Positions 45,539-55,844 of a stretch of DNA of 63,972 nt are shown here, piece by piece. A model generated the notes under the pieces. That model made no database searches, had not been told where the DNA came from, and saw only the letters and a program-made list of their open reading frames with translations. This DNA comes from an uncultured Verrucomicrobiota bacterium (GTDB taxonomy: Bacteria; Verrucomicrobiota; Verrucomicrobiia; Limisphaerales; CAIMTB01), in the NCBI GenBank assembly GCA_964476125.1, contig CAYZAE010000015.1:1-63972 (forward strand), read 5' to 3'. The position numbers and the translations under genes were made by a program. Positions within the stretch are counted from its first letter, which is position 1. Every line of letters starts with the position of its first letter.

Positions 45539-46975
45539 CTAAACCGCATCACCCAACCCACCTTCCGGAACCCCTTCCGGAACCCCGTTGATGAAACCCA
45601 CCGCCGTCTGCTCCATGCTCCCGATGATCCCCTTCGCCATCCGGCCGAGAAACGCGTGAAGCAGGAGCGCGGGAATGGCCACCGTCATGCCCGTCGCCGT
45701 CGCGATAAGGGCCTCCGAAATGCCCGCCGCCAGCACCTTCGGATCGCCGCTGCCGAAACTGGAGATCAACTTGAAGGTCGCGATCATGCCCATGACCGTG
45801 CCCAGCAACCCCATCAGCGGCCCCGTCGTCGCCGTCAATGCCAGGAACGGCAACCCCCGCTCCAGCTTCGTCCGCGCCGCCAGCATGCGCTCATACAGGA
45901 TCTCCTCAATGTACTCCTTCTTCTCGTGGGCATGCTGCACGGCCGTGGCCAGCAGTTCACCCGCAGGCCCCGACACCCGCCGCGCACGAACCAACGCCTG
46001 GTCCTTCTGGCCCGCCTCGAGATGCTTCAACACCGCCTCCAGATCCGCCTCCTTCGCCACCCGGAACCGGGAAAGCTGGAACCATTTCAGGATCGCCACA
46101 ATCAACGCGCAGAAGCCGAGCCCAAGCAGCGGAATCATCGCCCACCCACCCTTCTCCAATTTCTCGTAAAGGCTCTCCTTCAACGCCGCCAGCTTGAAGG
46201 CGTTCCCCAGTGTCGGATCCAGGGCCATGTCCCCGGAACCCGTCGACACCAACTGCCGGCTCGGCTCCACCACGGCCGGTCCCACGTCCACCACGCTCGG
46301 ATCCGCCTTGTTCAACTCCTGCTGCAACGGTCCAGCCGCCTCACCGGAGGCCGCAGCGAAAATCGCCACCGGCCCGATGAGGGCGATCTTCCCCTGCTGC
46401 AACAATCCACGCCGGTCCAGCGCCCGGCCTTCAATCAGTTCCCCACCCAACGCCCCGTCGATGCGAGACAGGGAAAGCGACAAAACCGAGGCCCGCCGAT
46501 CAAAGCGGTCCTGGGCCGTGATGTCGGGCGCGGCCGCCTTCTCCAGTTCGGCAAACTGCGCCGCGTACCTCGGCTCCTCCGCGAACAACAAGCGCGAGCG
46601 GAACGCACGCGCGTACTCGCTGAGAAGTGAGTCGACGTATTTGACCTCCTCCAGCCGGCGCTTCGACTCCGCCTTCAACGCATTGAGTTCGACCAGCTGG
46701 TTCTCCTGGAACCGCTGGGCCTTCCCCAATTCGGCACGACGCTCCGCCAATTGTTGTTCCAATGCGGCCAGTTCCCGCGCCAGCGGCACGCGCTCCGCCT
46801 CCACGACCTTGCGCTGCTCGGACAATTCATTCAGCGCCGCCTTCAGGTCTTTGGCCGAGCCAGCTGCCAACGCCCCCAAGTCCTGGGCTACGCCCATGCC
46901 CGGATACAAAAGCAACGAAGCCAACCCAAGGAACAGCGATTTTGAGATCCCGGAAATCATCGGACAAAGGCTCAT
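45539..46975 (-). CDS. long MotA/TolQ/ExbB family protein with a ~250-aa periplasmic coiled-coil N-domain (TtpC-like)
   Basis: Motifs GLLGTVMGMIATF and ISEALIATATGMTVAIPALL. The start overlaps the upstream stop (ATGA at 46972-46975). Confidence 0.8.
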   Translation of the reverse strand: MSLCPMISGISKSLFLGLASLLLYPGMGVAQDLGALAAGSAKDLKAALNELSEQRKVVEAERVPLARELAALEQQLAERRAELGKAQRFQENQLVELNALKAESKRRLEEVKYVDSLLSEYARAFRSRLLFAEEPRYAAQFAELEKAAAPDITAQDRFDRRASVLSLSLSRIDGALGGELIEGRALDRRGLLQQGKIALIGPVAIFAAASGEAAGPLQQELNKADPSVVDVGPAVVEPSRQLVSTGSGDMALDPTLGNAFKLAALKESLYEKLEKGGWAMIPLLGLGFCALIVAILKWFQLSRFRVAKEADLEAVLKHLEAGQKDQALVRARRVSGPAGELLATAVQHAHEKKEYIEEILYERMLAARTKLERGLPFLALTATTGPLMGLLGTVMGMIATFKLISSFGSGDPKVLAAGISEALIATATGMTVAIPALLLHAFLGRMAKGIIGSMEQTAVGFINGVPEGVPEGGLGDAV

Positions 46976-47772
46976 CGGATTGTGACAGGTAGAGGGACAA
47001 AGGTGGCGGTGCGCTCACCTCGATAGATGCGAACCACCTCACGCACCGGCGCGGACAACGCGGCCTCCGCGGTCCACTCCCAACCTTGCGCCCCGGGCTG
47101 GCCCCGACCCGAAAACTCCCCGGTCTGATTGACGAAATAGCCGGCCCCAAGCCCGACATAAACGGTTTCCACCGCCATCTCGTCGCCCGCTGGGTTCTTC
47201 CGCTTCTCGGAGGCCAGAGTCACCGCGTTGTTGAACTTGTCCACCTCGTTGAGCACGGACACCACGGTCTGCAGGCGCTCCGTGACCCCCGTCTTCGTCG
47301 TCTTCGCATCCTCGGGCAAGCGGGCCAGGAGGGGTTTCAGGGTCTCTTGCAGCGGAGAAGGCAACCGCGGCACGAGAGCACGAATCTTCTGCTCCAAGCC
47401 CTCCAGGGTGGTCCTGGCGTGGTCCAGGGTGGAGTTCGATTCCTTCAGCTCCAGCTCCGCGGTGGCCCGCTCCCGATCCACCTGGGCGGAATTCGTGGTA
47501 ACCTTCCCGCGCTGCTCCGCGATGCCGGCAAGCTCACGCTCATACAGCGCCTTGGTCTGCAGCAGCAGGTCCTTCTCGGACTCCCAATCGGTCCTGGTGC
47601 GGGAGATGAGTTGGCGGGTCTGGACCCACTGCTCCACGCCCGACCGGGCCGTGGCCAGCGGGCTTTCCACCGCACCCCGCGCCGTCACCAGGACGAATAC
47701 CATCCCCACGAGCGACGCTCGAAGGAAGTGGCCAACCCCGAGAGGAGGCTGATTGTTTGGCTGCACTTGCAT
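46972..47772 (-). CDS. DUF3450-like coiled-coil protein (TtpB-like), first gene of the operon
   Basis: ATG 47772 is preceded by GAGGG at an 8-nt spacing; the track GTG is at 47781. Signal/anchor segment followed by coiled-coil. The tail is YVGLGAGYFVNQTGEF. Confidence 0.75.
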   Translation of the reverse strand: MQVQPNNQPPLGVGHFLRASLVGMVFVLVTARGAVESPLATARSGVEQWVQTRQLISRTRTDWESEKDLLLQTKALYERELAGIAEQRGKVTTNSAQVDRERATAELELKESNSTLDHARTTLEGLEQKIRALVPRLPSPLQETLKPLLARLPEDAKTTKTGVTERLQTVVSVLNEVDKFNNAVTLASEKRKNPAGDEMAVETVYVGLGAGYFVNQTGEFSGRGQPGAQGWEWTAEAALSAPVREVVRIYRGERTATFVPLPVTIR

Positions 47773-47807
47773 CGCTATCACCCTCTCAACCCATTAGTTC
47801 CACTGAA

Positions 47808-47836
47808 GGGTCGAAAGTGTTACAATTCCGTGACAA
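47808..47836 (-). promoter_or_regulatory. Pho-box-like triple direct repeat upstream of the TonB2-type operon
   Basis: The minus strand reads TTGTCAC ggaa TTGTAAC actt TCGACCC. After 11 nt comes TAATGG (a possible -10), then GAGGG and ATG 47772. Confidence 0.5.
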
Positions 47837-47963
47837 CACCCCCTTCCATCAGCCACTCCGCACTTTCGCTGCCCCCCTTGATAAGGTTTCATTCCACCCG
47901 GCAGCCATTCCGCCGCCACCCGGGAATCAAACCTGAACCGATCATCACCCCACTTCCCCCCCT

Positions 47964-49163
47964 ATGCTCGAGTTCCACTCCGCCAGCACCCGCATGGTCA
48001 ACTCACGACGGGCTATCTCCGAATGCTTCGAAGCCGCCCTGGGGTCCCGCTCCACCGCCTGCGACCTGGTCATCCTCCACGCCTCCATCGGCCACAACTA
48101 CCAGGAACTTATCGATCAAGCCCGCCAACTCGCCCCCGACGCCCGAATCGTCGGCGCCTCCTGCTGCGGCATCGTCGGCAGCGAAGGGGTCAGCGAATCC
48201 ATGAAGGATGTCGCCATCATGACCGTCTCCGGCCGCGAACACCTCGCCGTCGCCCACGTCGACGGCATCTCAGGCGATAATTCCTTCGAGAAATGCGCCG
48301 ACCTCGCCCGCCAGCTCAAGGCGGCTCGGCCCGGGATCAACATGGTCTATTTCCTCGGCTCGGGCATCGACATCGCCAACGACCGTTGCATCGCCGGGTT
48401 CGAATCCGTGCTCGGCCCCGAGGTCACCGTCTTCGGCGCCACCTCCGCGGACAACATGCGGGGAGTCGCCAGCTATCAGATGGTCGACGACCGCGTGTAC
48501 GAGCACGGAGCCTACGCCGTCGGATTCGCCGATCCCTCCCTCGACATCGACACCCAGGCCAGCCACGGCTTCGTCGCCGTCGGCGAACCCCTCCTCGTCA
48601 CCCGCTCCGAAGGCCACCGCATTCTCGAACTCAACGGACGCCCCGCCTGGCGCGAATACACCAGCCGGCTCGGACTCCCCGAAACCGCCTCCTGCGGCGA
48701 TTCCATCCCCATCGGCGCCCTCGCTGAGAAACTCCCGGAACACCTCGCCCGCGAGTACGGCAACGACCACATCCTGCGCGTCGTCACCAAGCGCGACGCC
48801 GCCTCCGGGGTCATGTACTACGCCACCTGCTGCCCCGAGGGCACCCGCCTCTGGCTCACCACCCGGGATGAACCCCGCATCTTCGCCGACATGGAACGAA
48901 TGATGAGCCAGCTGGTCGCCCGATCCGGCGGCCGGAAACCTGTCGCCGTCTTTCACGCCGACTGCCTGGCCCGCGGCCGTTTCCTTTTCAACCGGGTGAT
49001 GAAGGACGAACTGGTCAGCCGCATGCAGTATCCCCTCTCCAACAACGGCGTCGTCCCCCCCTGGCTCGGCATGTATGGCTTCGGAGAGTTCGCCCGGCTC
49101 GGCGGCGCCAACACCTACCATAATTACACCACCGCCCTCTATGTGATCCATCGCAAGGCCTGA
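47964..49163 (+). CDS. FIST-domain sensory protein
   Basis: 399 aa with an ATG start. FIST_N/FIST_C-like pattern: LVILHASIGHNY, IVGASCCGIVG, VFGATSADN, FHADCLARG and GMYGFGEF. Confidence 0.75.
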   Translation: MLEFHSASTRMVNSRRAISECFEAALGSRSTACDLVILHASIGHNYQELIDQARQLAPDARIVGASCCGIVGSEGVSESMKDVAIMTVSGREHLAVAHVDGISGDNSFEKCADLARQLKAARPGINMVYFLGSGIDIANDRCIAGFESVLGPEVTVFGATSADNMRGVASYQMVDDRVYEHGAYAVGFADPSLDIDTQASHGFVAVGEPLLVTRSEGHRILELNGRPAWREYTSRLGLPETASCGDSIPIGALAEKLPEHLAREYGNDHILRVVTKRDAASGVMYYATCCPEGTRLWLTTRDEPRIFADMERMMSQLVARSGGRKPVAVFHADCLARGRFLFNRVMKDELVSRMQYPLSNNGVVPPWLGMYGFGEFARLGGANTYHNYTTALYVIHRKA

Positions 49164-49266
49164 ACCACACCCGGGATTCTCCACCCTCAAGGGACCCCCC
49201 CCGGCAAAACACACAGCCCACCCACCCCCTGTTCCTCCCCCTCGTCCTCCCACTCACCCCTGCGAC

Positions 49267-51672
49267 ATGAGCGAGCCCAGTCATCCCGGCGGCACGACCC
49301 AGCCGCCCCGCGCGGAGACCGATCCGACGCCGGGACCGGGACCTGGACCGGGACCCGAGTGGCTCGCGCGCTACGACGAACTCCAGCGGCGCATCTCCCG
49401 CTTCCGCCTGGTCGAGCAGGAACTCATCAACACCCGCGACCGCCTCGACCGCGAGCTTGAGCGTTTCGCCCGGATCCACGAGTTCACCTCCCTCGCCATG
49501 AAGGCGCACGCCCCGGAGGTCCTCGAAACCATCGTGGCCGAGGCCATCGTGGACGTTTTCGAACTCGAGTTCGGATGCCTCTGGCTCGCCGGCGGCACGG
49601 ACGGCGCACCCCCGACCCCGCAGGCCATCGCCGGCATCCGCCTCGAACCCGAGGCCGCCCGCGCTCTTTCAGAATGGGTTTGCCACCGGCTTCCCACGGA
49701 CACCAGCCGCGGCCCGGTTCTCTTCGGCGCCCAGGAACTCGCCTCGCTGCGCTTCGCGCTTCCCATCAGCCAGCTCGTCGTCGCCCCCTGCTCCGACGCC
49801 TCGGGCCGACGGATCGCCTGTCTCGCCGCGGGCATCACCGAAGCCGCCGCGAGCTTCCACGACCCCATCCGACCCGAGCACTTCGGCGCCCTCCGCGTCT
49901 TCACCCGCCAGGTCGCCGCCCTCATCGAAAACCGCCGCGACCGCGGGATCATCGAAGAACAGATGCAGCGCCTCCGGGAAACCGAGGAAGCCCAGCGGCA
50001 GGCCCGCGAACTCGCCGAATCCGCCAACCGCGCCAAAAGCGAATTCCTCGCCAGCATGAGCCATGAAATCCGAACCCCCCTCAACGGGGTCTTCGTGGCC
50101 ATGCAACTGCTCCGCTCCTCCCCCCCGGAACCGCAATGGCAACAACTGCTCGACGCAGCCGAACACTCCGCCAACGCCCTGCTACGGATCATCGGGGACA
50201 TCCTCGACCTCTCCAAAATCGAGGCCGGCAAACTTCAGATCGAGGAATCGCCCTTCGACCCTCGTCGCACCTTCCGCGACGCCATCGCCCCCCTCGAAAT
50301 CCAGGCCCGCTCCCGCAATCTTTCCTTCGGCCTGATCGTCGATCCCTCCGTCCCCCCCCTGGTCATCGCCGACCCCTCCCGTCTCTGCCAGGTGCTCACC
50401 AATCTCGTCGGCAATGCCGTCAAATTCACCGAACGCGGGGGCATCACCATCCACGTCACCACCACCCCCCACGACCCCGCATCCACACCCCCTTCCCCCG
50501 GATTCCTTGAGATCGATGTCAGCGACACCGGCATCGGCATCAGCCGCGAAGCCCAGGAACGGCTGTTCGCCCCATTTGTCCAGGCCGACTCCTCCACCAC
50601 CCGCCGCTTCGGCGGAACCGGACTGGGACTCGCCATCTCCCGGCTACTCGCCAACCTGATGGCCGGCGACATCACCCTCACCAGCGAACCGGGCCAGGGA
50701 TCCCAGTTCCGCGTCCGGATCCCCCTCAAGATCCCCCACCCCTCCCAACCGGCTGTCCAACCCCCCGCCCTCCCCCAAGGCTCCTTCCCCGCCCCAAACC
50801 GCAACCTCCCCCGCTTCTCCGGCCGCGTGCTCGTCGCCGAAGACAACGCCATCAACCGACAACTGGTGCTCTGGATGCTCGAGTCCCTCGGCCTCCAGGC
50901 CGAAGCCGCCCAGTCGGGTCGCGAAGCCGTCGATCTCTGCACCTCCCGTCCCTACGACATCGTTCTCATGGATTGTTCCATGCCCGAGATGGACGGCTAC
51001 GAGGCGACCCGGACCATCCGCCGCTGGGAAAGCGCGCATCCCGATCCCCATCGCCCCCCGATCCCAATCGTCGCCCTCACCGCCAACGCCCTCGCCGGCC
51101 AACGCGAAGTGTGCCTGGCCGCGGGAATGAACGATTACCTCACCAAACCCCTCTCCTCCGCCCGCCTCGGCGAGGGACTCGCACGAAACGCCCCCCACCT
51201 CCTCCCCAACCCCGGCTCCGAACCTCCCACCCCACCCTCACCCGCGCCGGATCGGTCACCTCCCCGCCCCGAGGCCATCGTCCCCGTCCCCGTCCCCGAC
51301 ACCGGCCCCGCCCACTCCCGCCTCGACGAACTGGCCGCGGAACTCGAACGAAGCGTGGTCGTTGAAGTGCTCCAGGAATTTCTCAAGACCACCCCTGCCC
51401 GCCTCGGCGAAATCACCCAGATGCATCAGGCCGGCGACCAGCTCGGCATCCACTACGCCGCCCACTCGCTCAAAGGCGTCGCCCTCTCGCTGGGCCTCAA
51501 ATCCCTCAGCACCGCCTGCGCCAATCTCGAATCCATGACCGCCCCCATGCGAACCGCCGGATTCCCCGCAGCCACGGCCGCGGACATCGGAAGCGCACTG
51601 AACCCGCTCCGTGAAACGCTTGATCGCTCAATCCGGATCGTGGGCGCGTGGCTGGAAAAGAATCCCCTCTGA
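49267..51672 (+). CDS. hybrid sensor histidine kinase with receiver and HPt domains
   Basis: H-box SHEIRTPLNGV. Kinase motifs NLVGNAVKFT and GGTGLGLAIS. Receiver VLVAEDNAINRQL...DIVLMDCSMPEMDG...TKPL. HPt AAHSLKGVALSLG. Confidence 0.9.
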   Translation: MSEPSHPGGTTQPPRAETDPTPGPGPGPGPEWLARYDELQRRISRFRLVEQELINTRDRLDRELERFARIHEFTSLAMKAHAPEVLETIVAEAIVDVFELEFGCLWLAGGTDGAPPTPQAIAGIRLEPEAARALSEWVCHRLPTDTSRGPVLFGAQELASLRFALPISQLVVAPCSDASGRRIACLAAGITEAAASFHDPIRPEHFGALRVFTRQVAALIENRRDRGIIEEQMQRLRETEEAQRQARELAESANRAKSEFLASMSHEIRTPLNGVFVAMQLLRSSPPEPQWQQLLDAAEHSANALLRIIGDILDLSKIEAGKLQIEESPFDPRRTFRDAIAPLEIQARSRNLSFGLIVDPSVPPLVIADPSRLCQVLTNLVGNAVKFTERGGITIHVTTTPHDPASTPPSPGFLEIDVSDTGIGISREAQERLFAPFVQADSSTTRRFGGTGLGLAISRLLANLMAGDITLTSEPGQGSQFRVRIPLKIPHPSQPAVQPPALPQGSFPAPNRNLPRFSGRVLVAEDNAINRQLVLWMLESLGLQAEAAQSGREAVDLCTSRPYDIVLMDCSMPEMDGYEATRTIRRWESAHPDPHRPPIPIVALTANALAGQREVCLAAGMNDYLTKPLSSARLGEGLARNAPHLLPNPGSEPPTPPSPAPDRSPPRPEAIVPVPVPDTGPAHSRLDELAAELERSVVVEVLQEFLKTTPARLGEITQMHQAGDQLGIHYAAHSLKGVALSLGLKSLSTACANLESMTAPMRTAGFPAATAADIGSALNPLRETLDRSIRIVGAWLEKNPL

Positions 51673-51702
51673 GAGGATCAGGAAAACCAAGGAATGGTGC
51701 TT

Positions 51703-51730
51703 GGGAGCGCTGCGACAGGTCGCAGCTTCT
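51703..51730. repeat. REP-like palindromic element between convergent genes
   Basis: gggagcgctgcgacaggtcgcagcttct has 8-bp arms gctgcgac/gtcgcagc and resembles the element at 238-265. Confidence 0.5.
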
Positions 51731-51748
51731 GAACCTGGCCCAGGCTGG

Positions 51749-52870
51749 TTAACGGATCATCCGGACGAGCGCGTAACCAATCACCGCGGTGACCGGGATG
51801 GTGAACACCCAAGCCCAGAGCATCCGTTCCACCACGAACCATTTCACCGCCTTCGGGCTCTTGGCGGCGCCAACCCCCATGATCGCCGACGAGATCACGT
51901 GCGTCGTCGAGAGCGGAATCCCCCAATGGCTTGCCAACCCGATGATGGCCGCCGCGGTGGTTTCAGCCGCGAACCCATGCACCGGATGCAATTTCACCAT
52001 CTTGTGCCCCAGGGTCTTGATGATCCGCCACCCGCCCGCCCAGGTCCCCGCAGCCATGGTCAGCGCGCAAACAACCTTGATCCAGACCGCCACCGGCAGC
52101 GGCTGCCCTGGCGCTGGCGCCGGCGTGCGCAGAAAACCCAGAAACGATGGCAAATGGTCGAAAGCATCGGTGCCCGTGGCAGCCACCAACGACAACGCGA
52201 TGATGCCCATCGTCTTCTGGGCGTCGTTCAATCCATGGCTGAACCCCATCCAGGCGCTGCTCAGGAGCTGGGCTTTGCCGAAATAGGAATTCACATCCCT
52301 GGGCCGCCAGTTTCGCAGGGCCACATACAGGAGCCCCATCACGACGAAGCCCACCACCAGCCCAAGCAGCGGACTCACGAACATCGGCACGATCACCTTC
52401 GGCACCAATCCCGCATGCTCCGTCACCATCTGCACCGCCTTCGCACCCGTCGAGGCATCCACCACCATGACCGACTTGGTCTTGGTCTCGAAAAACTTGA
52501 TCACCTTCCAGTCCCCATCCGCCGCCGCCAGCGTCGAGCCCACCAGCCCCCCGATCAACGCATGGCTCGAACTCGACGGCAGCCCCTTCCACCACGTGAT
52601 CAGGTTCCAAATCACAGCCCCCAGCAATCCGCACATCAACGTTCCCGAAGTCACATAGGCAATGTCCACCAATCCCTTTCCAATGGTGCTCGCCACCGCC
52701 GCTCCAAAAAGGGCTCCCATCAGATTCGTCACCGCCGCCAGCACCACCGCCTGACGGGGCGACAACACCTTCGTCGCGACCACCGTGGCAATCGAATTGG
52801 CCGTGTCGTGAAAGCCGTTGATGTACTCGAACACCAACGCGATCAGGATGACGCAAAAGATCAGCGTCAT
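51749..52870 (-). CDS. pit: inorganic phosphate transporter, PiT/PHO4 family
   Basis: Motifs FEYINGFHDTANSIATVV and GIPLSTTHVISSAIMGVG. Confidence 0.9.
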   Translation of the reverse strand: MTLIFCVILIALVFEYINGFHDTANSIATVVATKVLSPRQAVVLAAVTNLMGALFGAAVASTIGKGLVDIAYVTSGTLMCGLLGAVIWNLITWWKGLPSSSSHALIGGLVGSTLAAADGDWKVIKFFETKTKSVMVVDASTGAKAVQMVTEHAGLVPKVIVPMFVSPLLGLVVGFVVMGLLYVALRNWRPRDVNSYFGKAQLLSSAWMGFSHGLNDAQKTMGIIALSLVAATGTDAFDHLPSFLGFLRTPAPAPGQPLPVAVWIKVVCALTMAAGTWAGGWRIIKTLGHKMVKLHPVHGFAAETTAAAIIGLASHWGIPLSTTHVISSAIMGVGAAKSPKAVKWFVVERMLWAWVFTIPVTAVIGYALVRMIR

Positions 52871-52875
52871 AGGGC

Positions 52876-53505
52876 TCAGGAGTTCTTCAGGACAATGTGG
52901 GTGACAATCGCCCCGATATCCCGGGAACGGTCCACCAGCTTCTCGAGAATGTCGTAGAGATCCTTCCGAGCCACCAACTTCCCGGCGGGCAGGTCGTCGT
53001 GGTACAAATCCCGAATCAAATCCTCCAACACCCGGTCCGCCGCGTCCTCCGTCTCCTCCAGTTTGTCGTTCAACGCCTTCACGGTCTCCAGCGGCGGCAT
53101 CTTCCTCAAATGCCGAATCATCTCCACCGAGAGCCTCACCGCCTCGTCGATCAACCGACCCTGTTCCTTGAAATCCACCCCCTGCACCAAATCGTTCACC
53201 ACGCGATAGCGCTCGGCAAACTTCTCCATGGCCTTCACCAAACGGTAAAGAGCCCTCGACAGGGCCTCGATGTCCTCCCGCTCCAATTCCGTCACGAAGG
53301 TGCGCACCAACCGCTCATCGATCTCCTTCAGAAGCTTCCGCTCCCGTCGTTCCGACGCGAGAAAGACATCGAGACTCTCCATCCCCAGCTTCCCTCGGAG
53401 AATTCCAGTCAGCGTCCCCACACTCGTCTGCGCCTCGGCGGCACAGGTCTCAAGAAGTTCTAAAAATGCGGCGTCTTTCGCCAAAAAATGCTGGATGGAG
53501 AACAT
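52876..53505 (-). CDS. DUF47 / PhoU-like phosphate transport regulator partner of Pit
   Basis: ATG 53505 (MFSIQHFLAKD). Helical protein located 5 nt upstream of pit. Confidence 0.8.
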   Translation of the reverse strand: MFSIQHFLAKDAAFLELLETCAAEAQTSVGTLTGILRGKLGMESLDVFLASERRERKLLKEIDERLVRTFVTELEREDIEALSRALYRLVKAMEKFAERYRVVNDLVQGVDFKEQGRLIDEAVRLSVEMIRHLRKMPPLETVKALNDKLEETEDAADRVLEDLIRDLYHDDLPAGKLVARKDLYDILEKLVDRSRDIGAIVTHIVLKNS

Positions 53506-53661
53506 GGCGCTCGATGGTTTGAAAGCGGGTGACTCCACCGATCGATCTACCCGATGGATGGCTTCACGCCCGTGAGCCTACCCGACCGCCCGCCCAAGGT
53601 CACGCTCTCCTAAGGTAACGTTTCATGCGCTACCCAAACCGCCTCCGGCCCCAAGACCACT

Positions 53662-53690
53662 TCGTCATGAAATCGTAACAATGAAGACAC
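53662..53690 (+). promoter_or_regulatory. Pho-box-like triple direct repeat upstream of pstS
   Basis: TCGTCAT gaaa TCGTAAC aatg AAGACAC. After 8 nt comes TACAGG. The site lies 26 nt before GTG 53716. Confidence 0.5.
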
Positions 53691-53715
53691 TTGCACGCTA
53701 CAGGGGTCGGGAAAG

Positions 53716-54627
53716 GTGCGGCCCTTGAAGCGTCGTCACCCAGTTGCCGGGTCGGGATTTCCCCCAGCGCGAGCACTCCGGACCGCCCTCCTGGCTTCCG
53801 CCCTGGGATTGTGGGCGCTCGCTTCCGCCCTCGCTGCCCCCGACCCGAGCATCACCATCAAAGGCTCCGATACGATGCTCATCCTCGGCCAGAAATGGGC
53901 GGAAGCCTACATGCGAATCCACCCACGGACCAAGGTGCAGGTCACCGGTGGAGGTTCAGGCACCGGCTTTGCCGCGCTTCAAAACCGACAAACCGATCTC
54001 GCCCAGTCCTCCCGCAGAATCCGGCCGGAGGAGGTGGAGCGATTCATCCGTGCCTTCCGGGGTCGCCCGCGGGAACACGCCGTCGCCCTCGACAGCCTGA
54101 CCCTCTACGTTAATTCACAAAATCCCGTCGAACAGCTCAGTCTCCCTGAGCTCCGGGACATCTATACCGGCCGCATCACGAATTGGAGCGCTCTTCGCGG
54201 ACCAAATCGTCCGATCGTCCTCTACAGCCGGGAAAACAGCTCCGGCTCCTACGAGTTTTTCAAGGAAAAGGTCCTTCTCGGTCGGGATTTTTCCCCCCGC
54301 ACCCAGACCCTCGCCGGGACCGCCCAGGTCATCCAGCAGGTCGGGCTGGACCCCAACGGAATCGGCTACGGCGGAAGTGCCTACGGCCAGGGAGCCAAAC
54401 ACATCAGGATCGCCGAACACCTCGGAGCCGAAGCCGTGGAACCCAGCGAATCCTCCGTCGCCTCCCAGCGCTACCCCGTCTGGCGTTACCTCTACGTCTA
54501 CCTCAGCCCGGAAAACCCAAAACGCGAACTCGAATCCTTCCTTCACTGGGTTCGCGGCAGCGAAGGGCAGGCCATCGCCTCCAGCGCCGGCTACTACCCG
54601 CTGCCCGAAGCGATGCAGACCCGTTGA
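53716..54627 (+). CDS. pstS: phosphate ABC transporter substrate-binding protein
   Basis: Signal peptide. Motifs ITIKGSDTML, TGGGSGTGFAAL and YSRENSSGSYEFF. An alternative TTG start is at 53725. Confidence 0.9.
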   Translation: MRPLKRRHPVAGSGFPPARALRTALLASALGLWALASALAAPDPSITIKGSDTMLILGQKWAEAYMRIHPRTKVQVTGGGSGTGFAALQNRQTDLAQSSRRIRPEEVERFIRAFRGRPREHAVALDSLTLYVNSQNPVEQLSLPELRDIYTGRITNWSALRGPNRPIVLYSRENSSGSYEFFKEKVLLGRDFSPRTQTLAGTAQVIQQVGLDPNGIGYGGSAYGQGAKHIRIAEHLGAEAVEPSESSVASQRYPVWRYLYVYLSPENPKRELESFLHWVRGSEGQAIASSAGYYPLPEAMQTR

Positions 54628-54650
54628 CCGGTCCCCCCCAGCCGAAACCC

Positions 54651-55840
<1,190 letters not shown>

Positions 55841-55844
<4 letters not shown>

